Source: Chrysomallon squamiferum
Lineage: Eukaryota; Animalia; Mollusca
Length of the DNA: 64,000 nt
Reading direction: 5' to 3'
Assembly (NCBI GenBank): GCA_012295275.1
Contig: CM022669.1
Span: 372,001-436,000 of the forward strand
The number at the start of each line of letters is the position of its first letter. Position 1 is the first letter of the stretch. Shown here one piece after another: positions 63,798 through 64,000 of the stretch. The notes below the pieces were generated by a model that saw nothing but the letters and a program-made list of their open reading frames with translations, was not told where the DNA came from and searched no databases. The position numbers were made by a program, and so were the translations under genes.

Positions 63798-64000
63798 ATT
63801 TTAACGGGTTGAAGTAACGTAATACATATCCTAAAATAATAAAGGTTTGAAATTTATAAAGTAAATATTATATTCAAAATGGACGTTGTGCAACCTGATC
63901 CAGGTCAATGTGTATACAATGAATACAAAACCTAAATCCAAACTGACAATAAAACTGAAATATGGACCGAAAATGTTCATTTGAAGATGAATATTCCTTT

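Overview
AT-rich, microsatellite-dense animal DNA. It looks like a mollusc, possibly a cephalopod, but that is inferred from composition and repeat content only. The left half (~1-27.5 kb) holds six LicD/fukutin-family nucleotidyltransferase-fold genes with intronless coding regions, encoding predicted type II membrane proteins with [20 protein letters not shown]. One is intact, four each carry a single -1 frameshift, and one is a true deletion pseudogene. The cluster was built by segmental duplication, and one gene cassette is inverted between ~135-bp inverted repeats. The paralogs have near-identical catalytic cores but a hypervariable Cys-bracketed C-terminal segment. The right half holds a minus-strand transmembrane adenylate cyclase (AC3-like). 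I reconstructed it by hand as 20 GT-AG coding exons from 54755 to 33302 (~1058 aa), with one missing base in exon 2. Three minisatellites in this gene amplify its own functional junctions: 27 copies of the C-terminus plus stop codon, 14 copies of a splice acceptor, and ~11 copies of a splice donor. Mobile element remnants include a Gmr1-type Gypsy (integrase before RT), two Tigger/pogo derivatives, duplicated Tc1 fragments and probable MITEs.
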